From Octopus vulgaris (taxonomy: Eukaryota), in NCBI GenBank assembly GCA_951406725.2, contig OX597827.1, positions 310,001-374,000 on the forward strand: DNA of 64,000 bases. Reading direction: 5' to 3'. The first letter of the stretch is position 1; each line of letters starts with the position of its first letter. The translations under genes and the position numbers were made by a program. Shown here in pieces: positions 13,010 through 25,289 of this stretch. Below the pieces are notes generated by a model. It worked only from the letters and a program-made list of their open reading frames with translations, was not told the DNA's origin and ran no database searches.

Positions 13010-16000
13010 TATGTGGCACTTGGTGAAGAATGGAGTTTGATATAGCTACTCTCATTTGCACCTCTTGCCGTGAGGTAGGTTCATCTGGGACTCTCGACAG
13101 GAAGATGTCCAGCTTTTATTTAAAAACCGCTACATCTACTTTGTGCAAGTTCCTCAGACTCTTTGGGAGAATATTAAAAAGCTGTGGGCCCTTGAAACCC
13201 AGGCTGTTGCAGAAGCTGGTCCTGAAGCGTGATGGCATTGCTGGGATCTTTGGCACTATGCAGTGTCGTCCCGTTCAAGCATTGGTGTAGCTTACAATGC
13301 CAAAATTTGGCACAATTCCTTCCAGGATCTTCCAGACATATTACTGCATACCTTTCCCGCCTTCTCTCCAGGGAGTAGAGTCTTAGCTGTTTCAACCTTT
13401 CCCAGTAGCTGAGCTGTTGCAAAGAGACGATCTTCTTTGTGAATCTTCTCTGGATTGCTTCAAGGTCCGCTGTTAATTTTACACTGGTGGGTGACCATAG
13501 GTGACCATAGCTGTGATCTCTGGTTCTGAATGTTCTTAGGATCCACCCAGCCAGTCGTCTTCACTTTGTGATCCTGAGTGCACTGGAAAGAGGTATCATC
13601 ACTAATGTCGATACCCAGGTCCCTCACAGACTTAGGCTCTGGGATTGAAATTCCCTGTGGACCGGTGTATCCTGTAAGTTTAATATTCAGTCTTGGATGC
13701 TGGTAGCGCAGGGCCTGGAATTTTTCAGCATTAAACTGCATATTATTATCCTCAGCCCATCTGTAGATTGAGTCCAACTCCTGCTGCAGGTGTGCAACAT
13801 CGCTGGGGTTCTGTATTTTCTGCGAGACTTTCGTATTGTCTGCTTAGCTTGCCAGAGTGGCTATCCGGGCATTTGAGGGCATATCTGAGAGGGCCACTAT
13901 AAAAAGCAGTGGTCCCAAGACAGTGCCTTGTGGAACACTGCTCACTATTTGTGTGTTCATAGAGGTGGCTCCATTAACCACTACTGCTTGGCTCCTATCT
14001 TTCAGGAAGTCATGCAACCACACTCCAAGTTTTCCAGCTATGCCGAGGTCACGTAGTTTGTGGCATATCATACCATGATCCACCTTGTCAAAAGCTTTTG
14101 CAAAATCAAGGTAGATTACATCCACATTTGATTTGTTGAGTAACTGCCTCAATATCCAGTCATAATGTTGTAAGAGCTGGGTCAGGCAGCTCCTACCTGG
14201 TCGAAAACCATGCTGGGTATCACTCAGCAAGTTATTTTCCTCAAGGAATGCGATTAGTTTCTTTCTGACTATCCGTTCCATGACTTTGCTGATGTGTGAA
14301 GTCAGAGAGATAGGCCTATAGTTTTTGGCATCTGCTCTACTTCCCCCTTTATGTATTGGGCATATTATTCCCTCCTTCAGGTTGCTTGGCAGTTTGCCAT
14401 TCTCAAGAAAGCTCTGGAAGAGAATCTTGAGGAGTTTTGCCAGGGCATGCTCACACGCTTTGAGGAGGATGGCTGGGAAACCATCTGGACCAGCAGCTGA
14501 GTTTGTGTCCACTTCATCTATGGTTAGTAGGACATCTTTTTCGCTAATGTCAATACATTCTATTGTAACCGCCTCGCTGGTTATAGGTGAGGCGGCAAAG
14601 AAGTCCACTGGTTCGTTCACTTGTCTGTGTTCCAATGGGGTGGTAAAGACACTTTTGAATTGGTCATTCAGCATCTCACTGATCTTAGTTGGACTGTCTG
14701 TGAGGGAGCCATCCTTTTGGAGGAGGGGTCCTATCTTGTAGTGCACTGAGACTGTTTCTTTTGCGTAATGAAAGAAGGCCTTTGGGTTTGTTTAATATTT
14801 TTTATAACCCAGGCTTCTTTGTCTGCTTTCTCCTTCACATAGGATTGTTGCAGCCTTTTTTCGATCTCCATCAGCGTTGTTTTTAGGCGGGACGTTTCGC
14901 TACTTTTAGGATGTTGGTTGAGATGATTTGCAACCTTCGTCCTCTCATGAGGATCTTCCTGTCTCTTGGAATCTTGCTCCTATTTGTTTTGGCCTTGTGC
15001 TCTGGGACATATTTCTGGCATACAGCTTGCACAGAAGGCATGAAACATTCTAGTTTCATGTCAATGTCTGGTGTGGAGAGACTTTCCGGCCAGTCCTCTC
15101 TGAGGATCTCTTTTTGGATCGATTTCGAATTTGCTTTGTGGAAGTTCAGATTGGAGAGATTTCGGGTGCTTCCTTTAGGCTGTATGTCTCTGGTTACTTT
15201 TGGCCCAAACATAGACAGCTCTATTATGTTGTGATCCGAAACTGATGTCGGTGTCACTTTCACATCATGAATGATGTCCATATTGTTCGTGAAGCAGAGA
15301 TCCAGAATGTTGTTCGCCCTAGTTAGCTTGAGTACAACTTGCTCCATGAATAAGGCATTGGTGAGGTTGAGCAGGGACTCCACCTGTACTTGCTTGCAAT
15401 GATTCATTCCTGAGAGTATGTGAGCTTCGGGCCACTTGACGTTGAGGAAGTTGAAATCACCCATAAGAAATATGGTCACGTGGTGTTCCAGATTCATGAG
15501 GATTTCTTTAATTCTTGTGAGGCAATCTTCAAACTTGCCTATGTGATTTGGGGCATCCGGTGGGCAATATGTATTGCATATGACTATATTATGTTGTCTT
15601 ATGTATACAATTAAAGTGTCACATACCGAATTTGAGTATGTCATCTAGACCTGGGGTGTGAGGTCATCTCGGATGTATACAGCAACTCCACCATGGCTCC
15701 TTTCCCGTCTGTCTGTTCGCAGTATGGCATAGTTTGGTATGTGTACTTCTGCGTCCTCTATATCAGGGCTGAGGTGAGTTTCCACGAGTGCTATGCATAG
15801 GGCTTGATTGCATGCAGTAAGATCTCTCAGGAAAGAAATTTTGTTTCTATTTTGATGCAACAGGCTCCCAATATTTAGTAAAAGTATTGGGGTGACGGCT
15901 GTGCAGGCGTTAGGGGAGGCCATCCCGTGTCTGTTGACTGTGGTGGTCTTGCATAGTGGTGGGCAGGGTTCCTTCTCTGTGCTTGGTGTAGCCAGGTTAG

Positions 16001-16028
16001 CTGCCAGACAATTCTTTGCGCCATGCAT
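13010..16028 (-). pseudogene. LINE ORF2 (APE endonuclease + reverse transcriptase), disrupted
   Basis: Split over ORFs 15645-16028, 14883-15644, 13844-14746, 13460-13777 and 13174-13422 by stops and frameshifts. The catalytic YADD reads stop-A-D-N (taa gca gac aat) at about 13835-13846. Confidence 0.9.
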
Positions 16029-16029
16029 A

Positions 16030-16862
16030 AAAAAGACTCTTGCTCAGCTGCTGCGTTGCGCAGAACATCTGAGGAGCGCACTTCGTTTTTGAAAGTTTTC
16101 CTGGAAGACATTTCTTGTGTTCCCTCAGTAAAGCTCTTCTCTTTGAGTGCCCTGAAGTTCTGGCGGGGTGTTGTGTGGGCGAACCGGCAGTTTTTGCCGT
16201 CCTCACCATGCCAACATTTGCCCCGCAGGTAGAATTTACAGGTTCTTCGGTGCCTTCTAGATTTCTTCTTTCCTGAAGTGTACTGGGTGGCATTGGATCC
16301 TCCATGGGGTTCTCTGCTGTTTGACTGGTGGGTTGGGGTTTCAGCTTTGGTTGTTTTGCCTTTTCCCTCCTTATTTTTGTTTTCGGTCCTTCCTTTTTTC
16401 TTCCTTTTTTCTTCCTTTTTTCTTTTTTCTTCCTTTTTTCTTCTGTTTTTCTAATTTCTCATTTCTTTGTAGGACTACTGGTACAGGGGGGCTTCCGGTT
16501 TCTGCTCCCTTGGCTCCCCTATCCTTCACTACCTGGTCGTTCACCTGGGTAGGTGATCCATTTTCCTGAGGAACCCCTGGATCACAGAGACTTCCAGCTT
16601 CCTTCTCTTTTTTGTCTTCTTCATCCTCATCAGCCTTGCCACAATAATTTTCAATTATGTTATCCAGTGTTTTGATGTGTGGTCTTATAAGCATGTAAGA
16701 CCGGATAAATTCACCTTTTTCCTGTTCTATCTAGTCAATGGTTCTATGAAATCCATTGTTCTTTAGCTCGACAGTGATGATGTTGTTTGGCGGATCGCCA
16801 CTAGCAATCGTCCATGCTCTGAGCAGAAGATTTAACTCTTTCTTTTCCCACTTTGGTGCCAT
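16030..16862 (-). pseudogene. LINE ORF1 remnant with Myb/SANT-like N-terminus, lysine-rich linker and CCCH zinc finger
   Basis: ATG at 16862-16860 (MAPKWEKKELNLLLRAW...). ORFs 16731-16940 and 16371-16694 are in frame across a single TAG. Manual translation of about 16175-16240 gives CKFYLRGKCWHGEDGKNCRFAH. Confidence 0.7.
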
Positions 16863-17599
16863 CTTCGTTTTGAGGTCCAGAGGGGGAGTAGAGGCTACAG
16901 AGGTAATGAGGGATAGAGAGAGATAGAGACGGAGAAACACAGAGGGGGGAAATAGGGAAAGAGAGGAGGAGATAGGAAGGAAAGAGAGAGGTGCTATGAA
17001 AGAAATCGAGAGGGTGATAGGAGGAAAGCAAGGGGGTGTGGTGTTAAAGAGATAGAGGAAGGTAGGGGAGGGGAGAGGAGGGGAATAGAAGGAGAGACAG
17101 AGTGAAGGAAAAGAGGGGAAGAGAAAGAGAGGCAGAGTGAAGGAGAGGAGGGGAAGAGAAAGAGAAACAGGGAGGGAGAGGATAGCAAGAGAAAGAGAGA
17201 CAGGATGAAGGATGTGAGAGAGAGGGAGAGACGGAGTGAGAAGAATGGGCGAATGAGAAGTATATGAGAGAGAGGGTGAGGTGACGAGAGGAGAGGTAGA
17301 TGTGAGATGGAAAGGAAAGAGAAATGAGAGAAGAGGAGGATATGAAAGGGAGGAGGAGAGATGAGAAAAAGAGTAAGATATGCAAGAGAGAGGGAAAGGG
17401 TAAGCATAAAGAGAGATAAAGGAAGGGAGAAAGGAGCTGGAAGTGGGGGAATATATGTAAGGGAGGAGAGAGGAGGTAGAAGAGGGTGAGGAAATGAAGG
17501 AATTATTTAATTCTAAACTAATTACAGGAAAATAAACATATGAAAAGAATTTTTTAATATTAGTTTTATAGAAATGAAATTAAAGGTAGATTGAAAGCG

Positions 17600-18130
17600 A
17601 AACAGAATTCGAAAGAAAGTTATTCTCAGAATGTAAACAAAGATGGCATCGTAAATCGTAACTGAGATGTTAGCTTATATTAAAGGAAAATAAAAGATTA
17701 ATAATCAAACAACTGGAAGCGATACTTATCGTAAAAGGTACAGTTCAAACCCTCGTGCTTGTACGAAGAAGTTTTCTTTCACAACAGAAAAGAAAACAAT
17801 TCTTTTTCCTTCTTACATTTAGCTGGAGATAAATTAAAGACTTGCCACCACGTGCTTTTATGGCGAAGAATCTAGCATGCATAACTAACTTTACCGTATT
17901 ATATTTGGCTTCAAGCGAAATATATTACGTTTTTAATTAATATATTTTTAATTAATGTATTTTAGTAGATTTTATGAGTTAACAAGTTCTACGTTTTGTT
18001 ACTTTTAGTAGATTATTTCATTGATTTATGCAAACCTTTTTGTTTTTTTCACAGAGCAAAAGCAAACACGTCTTTCCTCTACAAAAACCGGAAGTATATA
18101 TCGATTTTTGTTCCTCGGTTTTTGGAAAAA
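17600..18130 (+). promoter_or_regulatory. Candidate promoter region of the zinc-finger gene
   Basis: Non-repetitive and locally CpG-enriched. ETS-type ACCGGAAGT at 18087-18095 and YY1-like AAGATGGC at 17640-17647, about 2.3 kb upstream of the ZF exon. No transcript evidence. Confidence 0.3.
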
Positions 18131-18914
18131 CTGTGAAGAATTAGTGCCAAAATCAGATTAGGAACCACTGCTCTAGACTCATTTCATATATAAATGTCCC
18201 TTAGAATTATTGAAGTGTTATGTTTCTGAAATTCTATTTGTACAATGGAATTCTGTAATGCAAAGACTCATTTTCTCATTGATTTCTGTCTGTTTTGAGT
18301 CATAGAATCCCATGTTCTGATAAGATTTTCAGGAATACAGCACTTCCATAACATGGCAGATGCCTATATTGAATGAAACTCTTACTTACAGGAAATTTGG
18401 CAGGAACGGTTTAGTTCACTACTGTTTTTTACTTTATCCTTATATTATCTGTGGAGCTGTATTTTAAAAATAAACCATTTTTCCCTTCTATCTTTTCAGA
18501 TTTTCAAAGAATTATTCTGTGACATAGAGTATCGTGACAGTTCTTATGAACTAAGGGAATAGCATCTGTCCTTCAACATGGAAATACTGATAACACCAAC
18601 CTAAATATTTCATAGAAATATTTCTTTTTTTTTTGTTACATTCAAACACACACGTTACATGCATACATACATACATACATACATACATATCTTCTGCTTT
18701 TCTCTATCTTTTGTATTCTTCTTCAATAACCATTCAGGCTGCCGTTTCACTGATAAAAGATATAGATTTTTAAGTAAGTGAAATTAAATACACATTGCTG
18801 ACTTGTCTTTATGTAAGTGTCTTAATATTTCATCAAATGTGTCTGAAAAATCAATAACTGCCCTTTATATATATCTCTTCTGTACACTCCCGCCTCTCTT
18901 TATTTACCCAATCT

Positions 18915-18991
18915 TTCTATCTATCTATTTTTCTATGTACCTAATCTCACTCCTCTATCTATCTGTCTAGCTAACTAGCTAGTTAATCTAC

Positions 18992-19035
<44 letters not shown>

Positions 19036-19140
19036 ATCTACATTATCTATCTATCTATCTATCTATCTAATCTACATTATCTATCTATCTATCTATATAT
19101 CTATCTAATCTACATTATCTATCTACCTATTTATCTATCC
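18915..19140. repeat. (TATC)n microsatellite punctuated by an aatctacatt unit
   Basis: aatctacattatctatctatc recurs four times between 18985 and 19125. Confidence 0.9.
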
Positions 19141-20380
19141 CTTTTCTCTTATATATTTATATATAGAAGATTATATCTCTGTATCAGTGCAGTTGGATAT
19201 GTTGTGAATAGATTTATGCAAAAATAAAAGAATAAAAAAAATTCTCAAAACCAAGGAAAGCAAAAGGAAGGTTCTTTTATTCCATTAAAAAACAAAATCA
19301 AACAAAAAAAAAAACCTTTCCCTTAACAAATAACATTTAAATCACAGTAGGGAATGGCTGCTGTCAAATTCACAAGCAATAATTTCTTGAGAGGAGATGC
19401 TTAAGATTAGGAGACATCCCAAAATGTAAAAAAAGTAAATGTAAAGAAAAAAAAGAATAAGGAGAGGTAGAGCAAGAACTCTCTCCCTACTCTTTGAAAA
19501 AAAAAAAAAGAAATATATACAAGGAGCAGAACATAAATGAAAATCAGAATAAAAGAGAAATATATAAAAACGGAAAGAACAAGAACAAAAACGCCAGAAT
19601 CCTCTGCAGTTGGAAGGGAGACAATTCTGGCTTAACTTAAACGTTTGAAAATTTAAAGTTTTTGTTGGCTTTTTGTTTTTTTTAAACGAAGAAATATCAA
19701 AAACGAAAAAATGTCTTCTATCATATTATATTGAATCAAAGGAAATTCATACATTTCTAATTCTCTTTTAGTTTCCTAAAAAAAGATACGAAAAGAAAAA
19801 AGCCTGCCTCTCTCTCACTCTCTCTTCTTCCAAATAATGACTGAACAGTTGCTAAGTATATCCTTTAATGTATCTTAGCAAGTGTTTAGCCCATTGCTAT
19901 GTACAAAGAAGGAAAAAAGTAAAATACAAAACAAACAGGGACAAAAACCAAACCAAACCAAAGAAACCAACCCTGATAAATGATTCACGTTGTCTTTCCT
20001 ACAACGTGTAATACCAACATGGATCAGACAAAAACCTTGCAATAGTGGCCTTTGTTTTTTTTTGTTTTTTTTCTTTTGGAGTAAGAAGAAAAAGTTTGAA
20101 ATATTTTTTTAGAAACAAACTTCAATATATTCAGCTGTAAACAAATTTATTTCTAAGAAGAAAAAAAAAGAAAGAAAAGTAAAATAAAAAAATAAAATAA
20201 AAAGGAATTTGAAGAGGAAAAAAATAATTTCTTATATATTTCTAATATAAAACTGAAATATATTGTTTCTGAATGAAATATTTGAAATATTTCTATTTTT
20301 GTTGAAAAGTACTTGAAATAAATTAGAAGAAAGAATATCATCTTGTTTAACTGCAGAGTAAAAACAGTTTGATAACATAT

Positions 20381-20384
20381 ACTG

Positions 20385-20428
<44 letters not shown>

Positions 20429-20429
20429 G

Positions 20430-20472
<43 letters not shown>
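20381..20472 (+). repeat. (ACT)n trinucleotide repeat immediately upstream of the ZF ATG, in frame as poly-Thr
   Basis: actgctactactact... visible directly. Confidence 0.95.
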
Positions 20473-20476
20473 AAAT

Positions 20477-21928
20477 ATGTTTCCTGTACAGCCAATCTAC
20501 TCAATGGGGAAACAGTTTAATTTCGACTTCTATGGCAAACCTGCTTTCCCAGCAAATGAACATTTGAAAAGCTATGAAAGTGTTTCCCATTTGTCTGATA
20601 AATCATTTGGTTTCGACCTTTGTTCGAAACCACCCAATCACAACAACAACTCTCTTGCCATGAAAAATCATGGCAAGAAATCTATGAACAACTCTTCTTC
20701 AGAGTCAATGTTAACTCATTCTGGCAACAGTGAGTTACCAAACAGGGAGGGCTGTAACCATATCGGTAATAGCAATGTTGGAAACAAACCCTTTAACTGC
20801 ACTGTTTGCTGCAAGAGTTTCAGCCAGCGGGCAAATCTCAACAATCATGAACGTGTGCACACTGGGGAACGGCCGTTCAGTTGCAGTTTCTGTCAAAAGT
20901 CATTCAGCCAGAAGGCTAACTTGAAAAACCATGAACGTGTTCACACTGGTGAAAAGCCTTTCAGGTGTCCATTTTGTGAAAAAACCTTTAGCCAGCGAGC
21001 TAACCTAAGTAACCATGAACGCATTCATACTGGCGAGAAGCCGTTTGTATGTCATGTGTGTCAAAAAGCATTCAGCCAGAAGGCAAACTTGAATAATCAT
21101 GAACGTGTTCACAGTGGCGAGAAACCATTTAGCTGTACCTTTTGTGGTAAGGGCTTCTCTCAACGCGCTAACCTTATTTCTCACGAGCGAATTCATACAG
21201 GCGAGAAACCATTTGTGTGTGTTGTGTGTCGGAAAGCTTTCAGTCAAAAAGCAAACTTGCATAATCACGAACGTATTCACACTGGTGAGAAACCCTTTAA
21301 TTGTCCATTCTGTGGCAAAGCTTTCAGTCAAAAGGCAAACCTTGTCAACCATGAACGCATCCACACTGGCGAGAAACCATATCATTGCGAGACGTGTCAC
21401 AAAGCTTTCAGTCAAAAGGCCAATTTACATAACCATCAACGTATTCACACTGGAGAGAAACCATTTCATTGCGATGTGTGCCAAAAATCTTTCAGTCAGC
21501 AAGTCAATTTGAATAACCACGAGCGTATACACACAGGGGAAAGGCCTTTCAAATGTAAGATATGTGAGAAAACATTCTCTCAAAAAGCCAATCTGCACAA
21601 TCATGAACGCATTCACACTGGTGAGAAACATGCTAGCTGTGATTCATGTCCAAAACTGTATGGTCCTCATGGGAAACATAAGGATCCCTGCTCCTCTCAT
21701 GGACCAGGAAAGCCATTTGATTGTTCATACTGCGACAAGGACATGACTGCAAGAAACAGTATGAACCCTCACCAACCCCTATCACCAAATGTAAAACCAT
21801 TTGTCTGTCCATACTGTGGCAAAGGATTTTGTGAAAAATCTAATTTGAATATCCATGAGAATTATTGTCCTCAGAAGAGACTTTCTCTCAAGCATGCCTT
21901 AAACAACAGTAGCAGCAGTACCATGACT

Positions 21929-21962
<34 letters not shown>

Positions 21963-22438
21963 CCGGTGGTAGTAGCAACGGTAACAACAACAGCAACAAT
22001 AACAGGAATGGTGAGAATTTCCATGGACAACAAGGCCACAACAATGATGCGACGCCACATCATACAGATAAACAGATGAGTTGTGATGGATACAAAGCGA
22101 AGAATTACTCACCTCGAACAGGCACCATGAAAGATGGTGGTAAAGACACGGTGTCAGCCCAGAACCCATCTGTTGGCAGGAGCGATGGAGGTTCCTCCCT
22201 CAGTCAGTCACAAATGGGAAGAATTCCGCCATTGAACATACCATCGTCCAGAATAGGTTCCTCGTCGTGTTTCCCCCAGATGACAGCCGGATGGGAAAAC
22301 AACTACAGCTGGTCCAGAACATTCCCTATGGCGCCACCACGTTGGGGTCAGAACTGGGCAAATGCAGCCGGTATGCCTCCATTGCAGGCACCGTTAACTT
22401 CTGGAATCCGATCACACAAGCCTCGTGAACAGAACTAG
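20477..22438 (+). CDS. Tandem C2H2 (Kruppel-type) zinc-finger protein: 10 canonical fingers, 2 degenerate fingers, 1 C2HC finger, low-complexity N/T/S/G-rich C-terminal tail
   Basis: Uninterrupted ORF 20369-22438 with repeats of F/Y-x-C-x2-C-x3-F-x5-L-x2-H-x3-H joined by TGEKP/TGERP/SGEKP linkers. First ATG is at 20477 (MFPVQPIY). An in-frame TAA at 20348-20350 followed by CAG at 20354-20356 suggests a splice acceptor, so the true start may lie in an upstream exon. Large C2H2 expansions are established for coleoid cephalopods. Confidence 0.93.
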
Positions 22439-24204
22439 CTCCTCCAAGAATGTATATATCTGTAGACATTTTACAAACAAACACGTGATTGAACGAACAA
22501 GGAAAGACAGACAGACAGATAGCTAGAAAGAAACATGACTATGAGGTATGGCAATGCTCCAGCATGGCCACTGCCGACTGGCTGGAACCAGTATAAAGAG
22601 TATTTTATTTATAAAGTACCTAGTTAACTCTCTCCCTTAAAAACCACCCTGAAGAACAACAGCAGCAACAACAATTATTATAATAGCAGCAGCAGCAAGG
22701 AAAAGCAGTGATGTGGGTCGAGCAGCAGACTAGATTCTTCACAGTATTTAGTTTGTTGACATTACTTTTACACTCCTCGTGAAGATGAGGATGGGGGAAG
22801 GGTAAATGGGGAAAGAAACGGGAGGGGGGGTTGATAAAAGAAGTACCAATAATATATATTATATCATTATGCGATATGGTGGAGTGGAAGAGGTGAGTCG
22901 GGTCATTTCAGTATACAACAAACCACACCCGCTCTTTCTTCTCACCTCTCACAAAAAAAGGTTTTCACTTGTGCCAAAGGCAGAAACCAGTAACAACTGT
23001 TACAGCAGCAACTGTGACAACAACAACAACTACAATATACATCATTGAGACAATTTATTTTGCTTTTATTTTATATTTATATATTAAAAAAAAAACATGG
23101 AAACCTTAATGATTTCTTACATAGATGTGACATCAGATTTGTAAAGAGGGAGGGGGGAAAAGGACTTAGGGAGAAGGGGCTTAGGGACAGTGGGGAATGG
23201 AGATGACAAGTGGTGACATTGATGCATTTTCTCTTGAGATACCAACCATGGAATAATTTGTTGCATAGATTTATAAGAAAACAAAAGCCTAATATTTGTT
23301 AAATTGCTTAAGGTTCTCAAGAAAGGCTCAAATGTCTCCTAAATTCATTGAAGGGAGAGCAAATGGTGTAGAGAGGAGGAAAATATTTTACAAGGCAAGT
23401 CCCTTTCCTTATTATACTGCTGACGATGCTTTTGTTTTGAGAGAAGCATAAATGAATGTCTCATAATTTCATTTAATTGTATTAATATAACGCCTAAATT
23501 ATCAATATGCAAAAAAACAAAGAGTTTTTTTTTCAGCTTACTTAATAAGTCTGAATATTTATGAGTTAAAAAAAACAAACAAAAAAAAAACCCAAAATAT
23601 AATTTTTCAGACATATCATAGCAATGTGGATAGCATTTTGGATTAGTTTTGATATTGTCAGAAATCAACAATAGCGAACACCTTGATGGGTTATCTAAAA
23701 ACTCATTCAAAATTCATTCATTTTGGGAGCAATTTTTCAAGTACAATCTGTGAAGAATGCTGTGGTACTACTGATAAAACTTTAATGAATGTAATTGGCA
23801 TTGAATATTTAATATTTGCAGCACAGTAGCAAAGTTGTAAAAGTTTAAAAAAAAATTTTCCATGAAGATAATCAATCCTGCTTCATTCATACATACATAC
23901 ATACATACATACATACATACATACATACATACATACGTACGTACGTACGTACGTACGTACGTACATACATATGTTAAGTGAAATGACAAATAACTGAGAG
24001 TTTCTTACAAAAAAGGGAAGTTTAGTACTCTTTACATATTTTAGCCACAAATGTCCAAAATCAAAAGTGGAAGCAGCAAAGAAATCTTTTCTAACATGGT
24101 CAGATCTTCATAGTGAACATTTTTTTTTTTTACTCTGTTTATGTCTGATGATGGGCTTTTGTGCCTGAAACATATAAAGGTTTTTTTTAAACTGTCCCCC
24201 CTTT

Positions 24205-24331
24205 TTCACATTCACGTGGAGCTTTAGGTGTTTTCGCTCAATAAACACTCACAACGCTCGGTCTGGAAATCGAAACCGCGATCCTACAACCGCGAGTAAG
24301 CTACCCTAACCACTGGGCCATTGTGCCTCCA
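24205..24331 (-). mobile_element. tRNA-derived SINE head
   Basis: Minus strand: tggaggcacaaTGGCCCAGTGGttagggtagcttactcgcggttgtaggatcgcGGTTTCGATTTCCagacc, giving Pol III A and B boxes. Confidence 0.75.
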
Positions 24332-24346
24332 TATATATATATGTAT

Positions 24347-24378
<32 letters not shown>

Positions 24379-24477
24379 GTATATGTATATATATATATGT
24401 ATATGTATGTATATGTATATATATATGTATATGTATATATATATGTATATATATGTATATATATATATATGTATATG

Positions 24478-24550
<73 letters not shown>

Positions 24551-24661
24551 GTATATGTGTGTGTATATATATATATATGTATATGTGTATATATATATAT
24601 ATGTGTGTATATATATATATGTATATGTGTATATATATATATATATGTATATGTGTATATA

Positions 24662-24705
<44 letters not shown>

Positions 24706-24742
24706 TGTATATGTATATGTAAATATATATATATGTATATGT
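24331..24742. repeat. (TA)n/(TATG)n compound microsatellite
   Basis: Directly visible. Confidence 0.97.
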
Positions 24743-25064
24743 AAATTATTGAAACGTCAATAATTTTGCTCAACAGCCACCATTTCTTATAGTTGCTTGC
24801 ATGCCATGCAAATAATGTTGTTGAACCATAAAGAATCCAATGAGATCGTCAAAGCTTTTAATTTTGTTGTTTTCTTCAAATAAGAATGCAGTAATTATTT
24901 GGAATGCCAAGAATTATTAACAGTAGCCATTATAGAGTTAAGACAAGCAAGTGTTTTTGAGTGGAGGTGGGCATTTAATCAGGAAAGTCCCTCCACTAGT
25001 AATAATGCTGCACCAGTAGTATTGTTATTTGAGAAATGCATGAACATCTCATAATCTTATTTAA

Positions 25065-25289
25065 CCCTTTTGTTACCATATCTTTGTTGAACTACTTTGC
25101 CATTTTTTGAGATTTTGAAAATAATAAAGAATTTAGTTAATTAGCTTTCTTATAATTAAGCAGGTGTTTGGAACATAAATTAATTAAGATGGAGTTTTGA
25201 TGGAAGGTTTTAATTTAGATCATTTTTGGAAATGGAGAATTCGTAATGTAGAACCAGGGTCAGTTTCAGACAGGCTGGTAGCAAAAGGG
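25065..25289. mobile_element. piggyBac-type MITE
   Basis: TTAA|CCCTTTTGTTACCA ... TGGTAGCAAAAGGG|TTGA: CCC/GGG termini with a TTAA-like target. A truncated sibling starts at 56063. Confidence 0.8.

Larger units (their letters stand above)
12910..17500 (-). mobile_element. Near full-length, inactivated CR1-group (CR1/L2-like) non-LTR retrotransposon with ORF1, endonuclease-RT ORF2, 3' tail and poly(A)
   Basis: Minus-strand ORF pieces give APE endonuclease motifs (LLLNIGSL, IALVETHL, RTDRRERSHGGVAVYI, MGDFNF, NILDLCFTN, SDHNII) and RT motifs (AAGPDG, NYRPISLTS, QHGFRPGRSC, YLDFAKAFDKVDH, VPQGTVLGPLLF), plus the CR1-type C-terminus LSYWERLKQLRLYSLERRRERY. A T-run at 12910-12936 is the poly(A). 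The pyrimidine-rich (minus) block 16880-17500 is the probable 5' UTR; the 5' boundary is uncertain. Confidence 0.92.

Noticed and set aside
13844-14746. Active reverse transcriptase gene
   Set aside because: Catalytic YADD is mutated to stop-ADN and ORF2 has several frameshifts and stops; the element is dead.
16801-17407. Leu/Ser/Phe/Pro-rich minus-strand ORFs resembling membrane proteins
   Set aside because: Translation of a CT-rich low-complexity tract (probable LINE 5' UTR).
20730-22169. Overlapping alternative-frame and antisense ORFs within the zinc-finger exon
   Set aside because: Expected shadows of a repetitive coding region; no recognisable motifs.
24255-24331. Possible tRNA gene (also 9599-9660 and the 48820/56271 heads)
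   Set aside because: A and B boxes are present but no complete cloverleaf or acceptor stem, and the sequence runs into SINE body; treated as tRNA-derived SINE heads.
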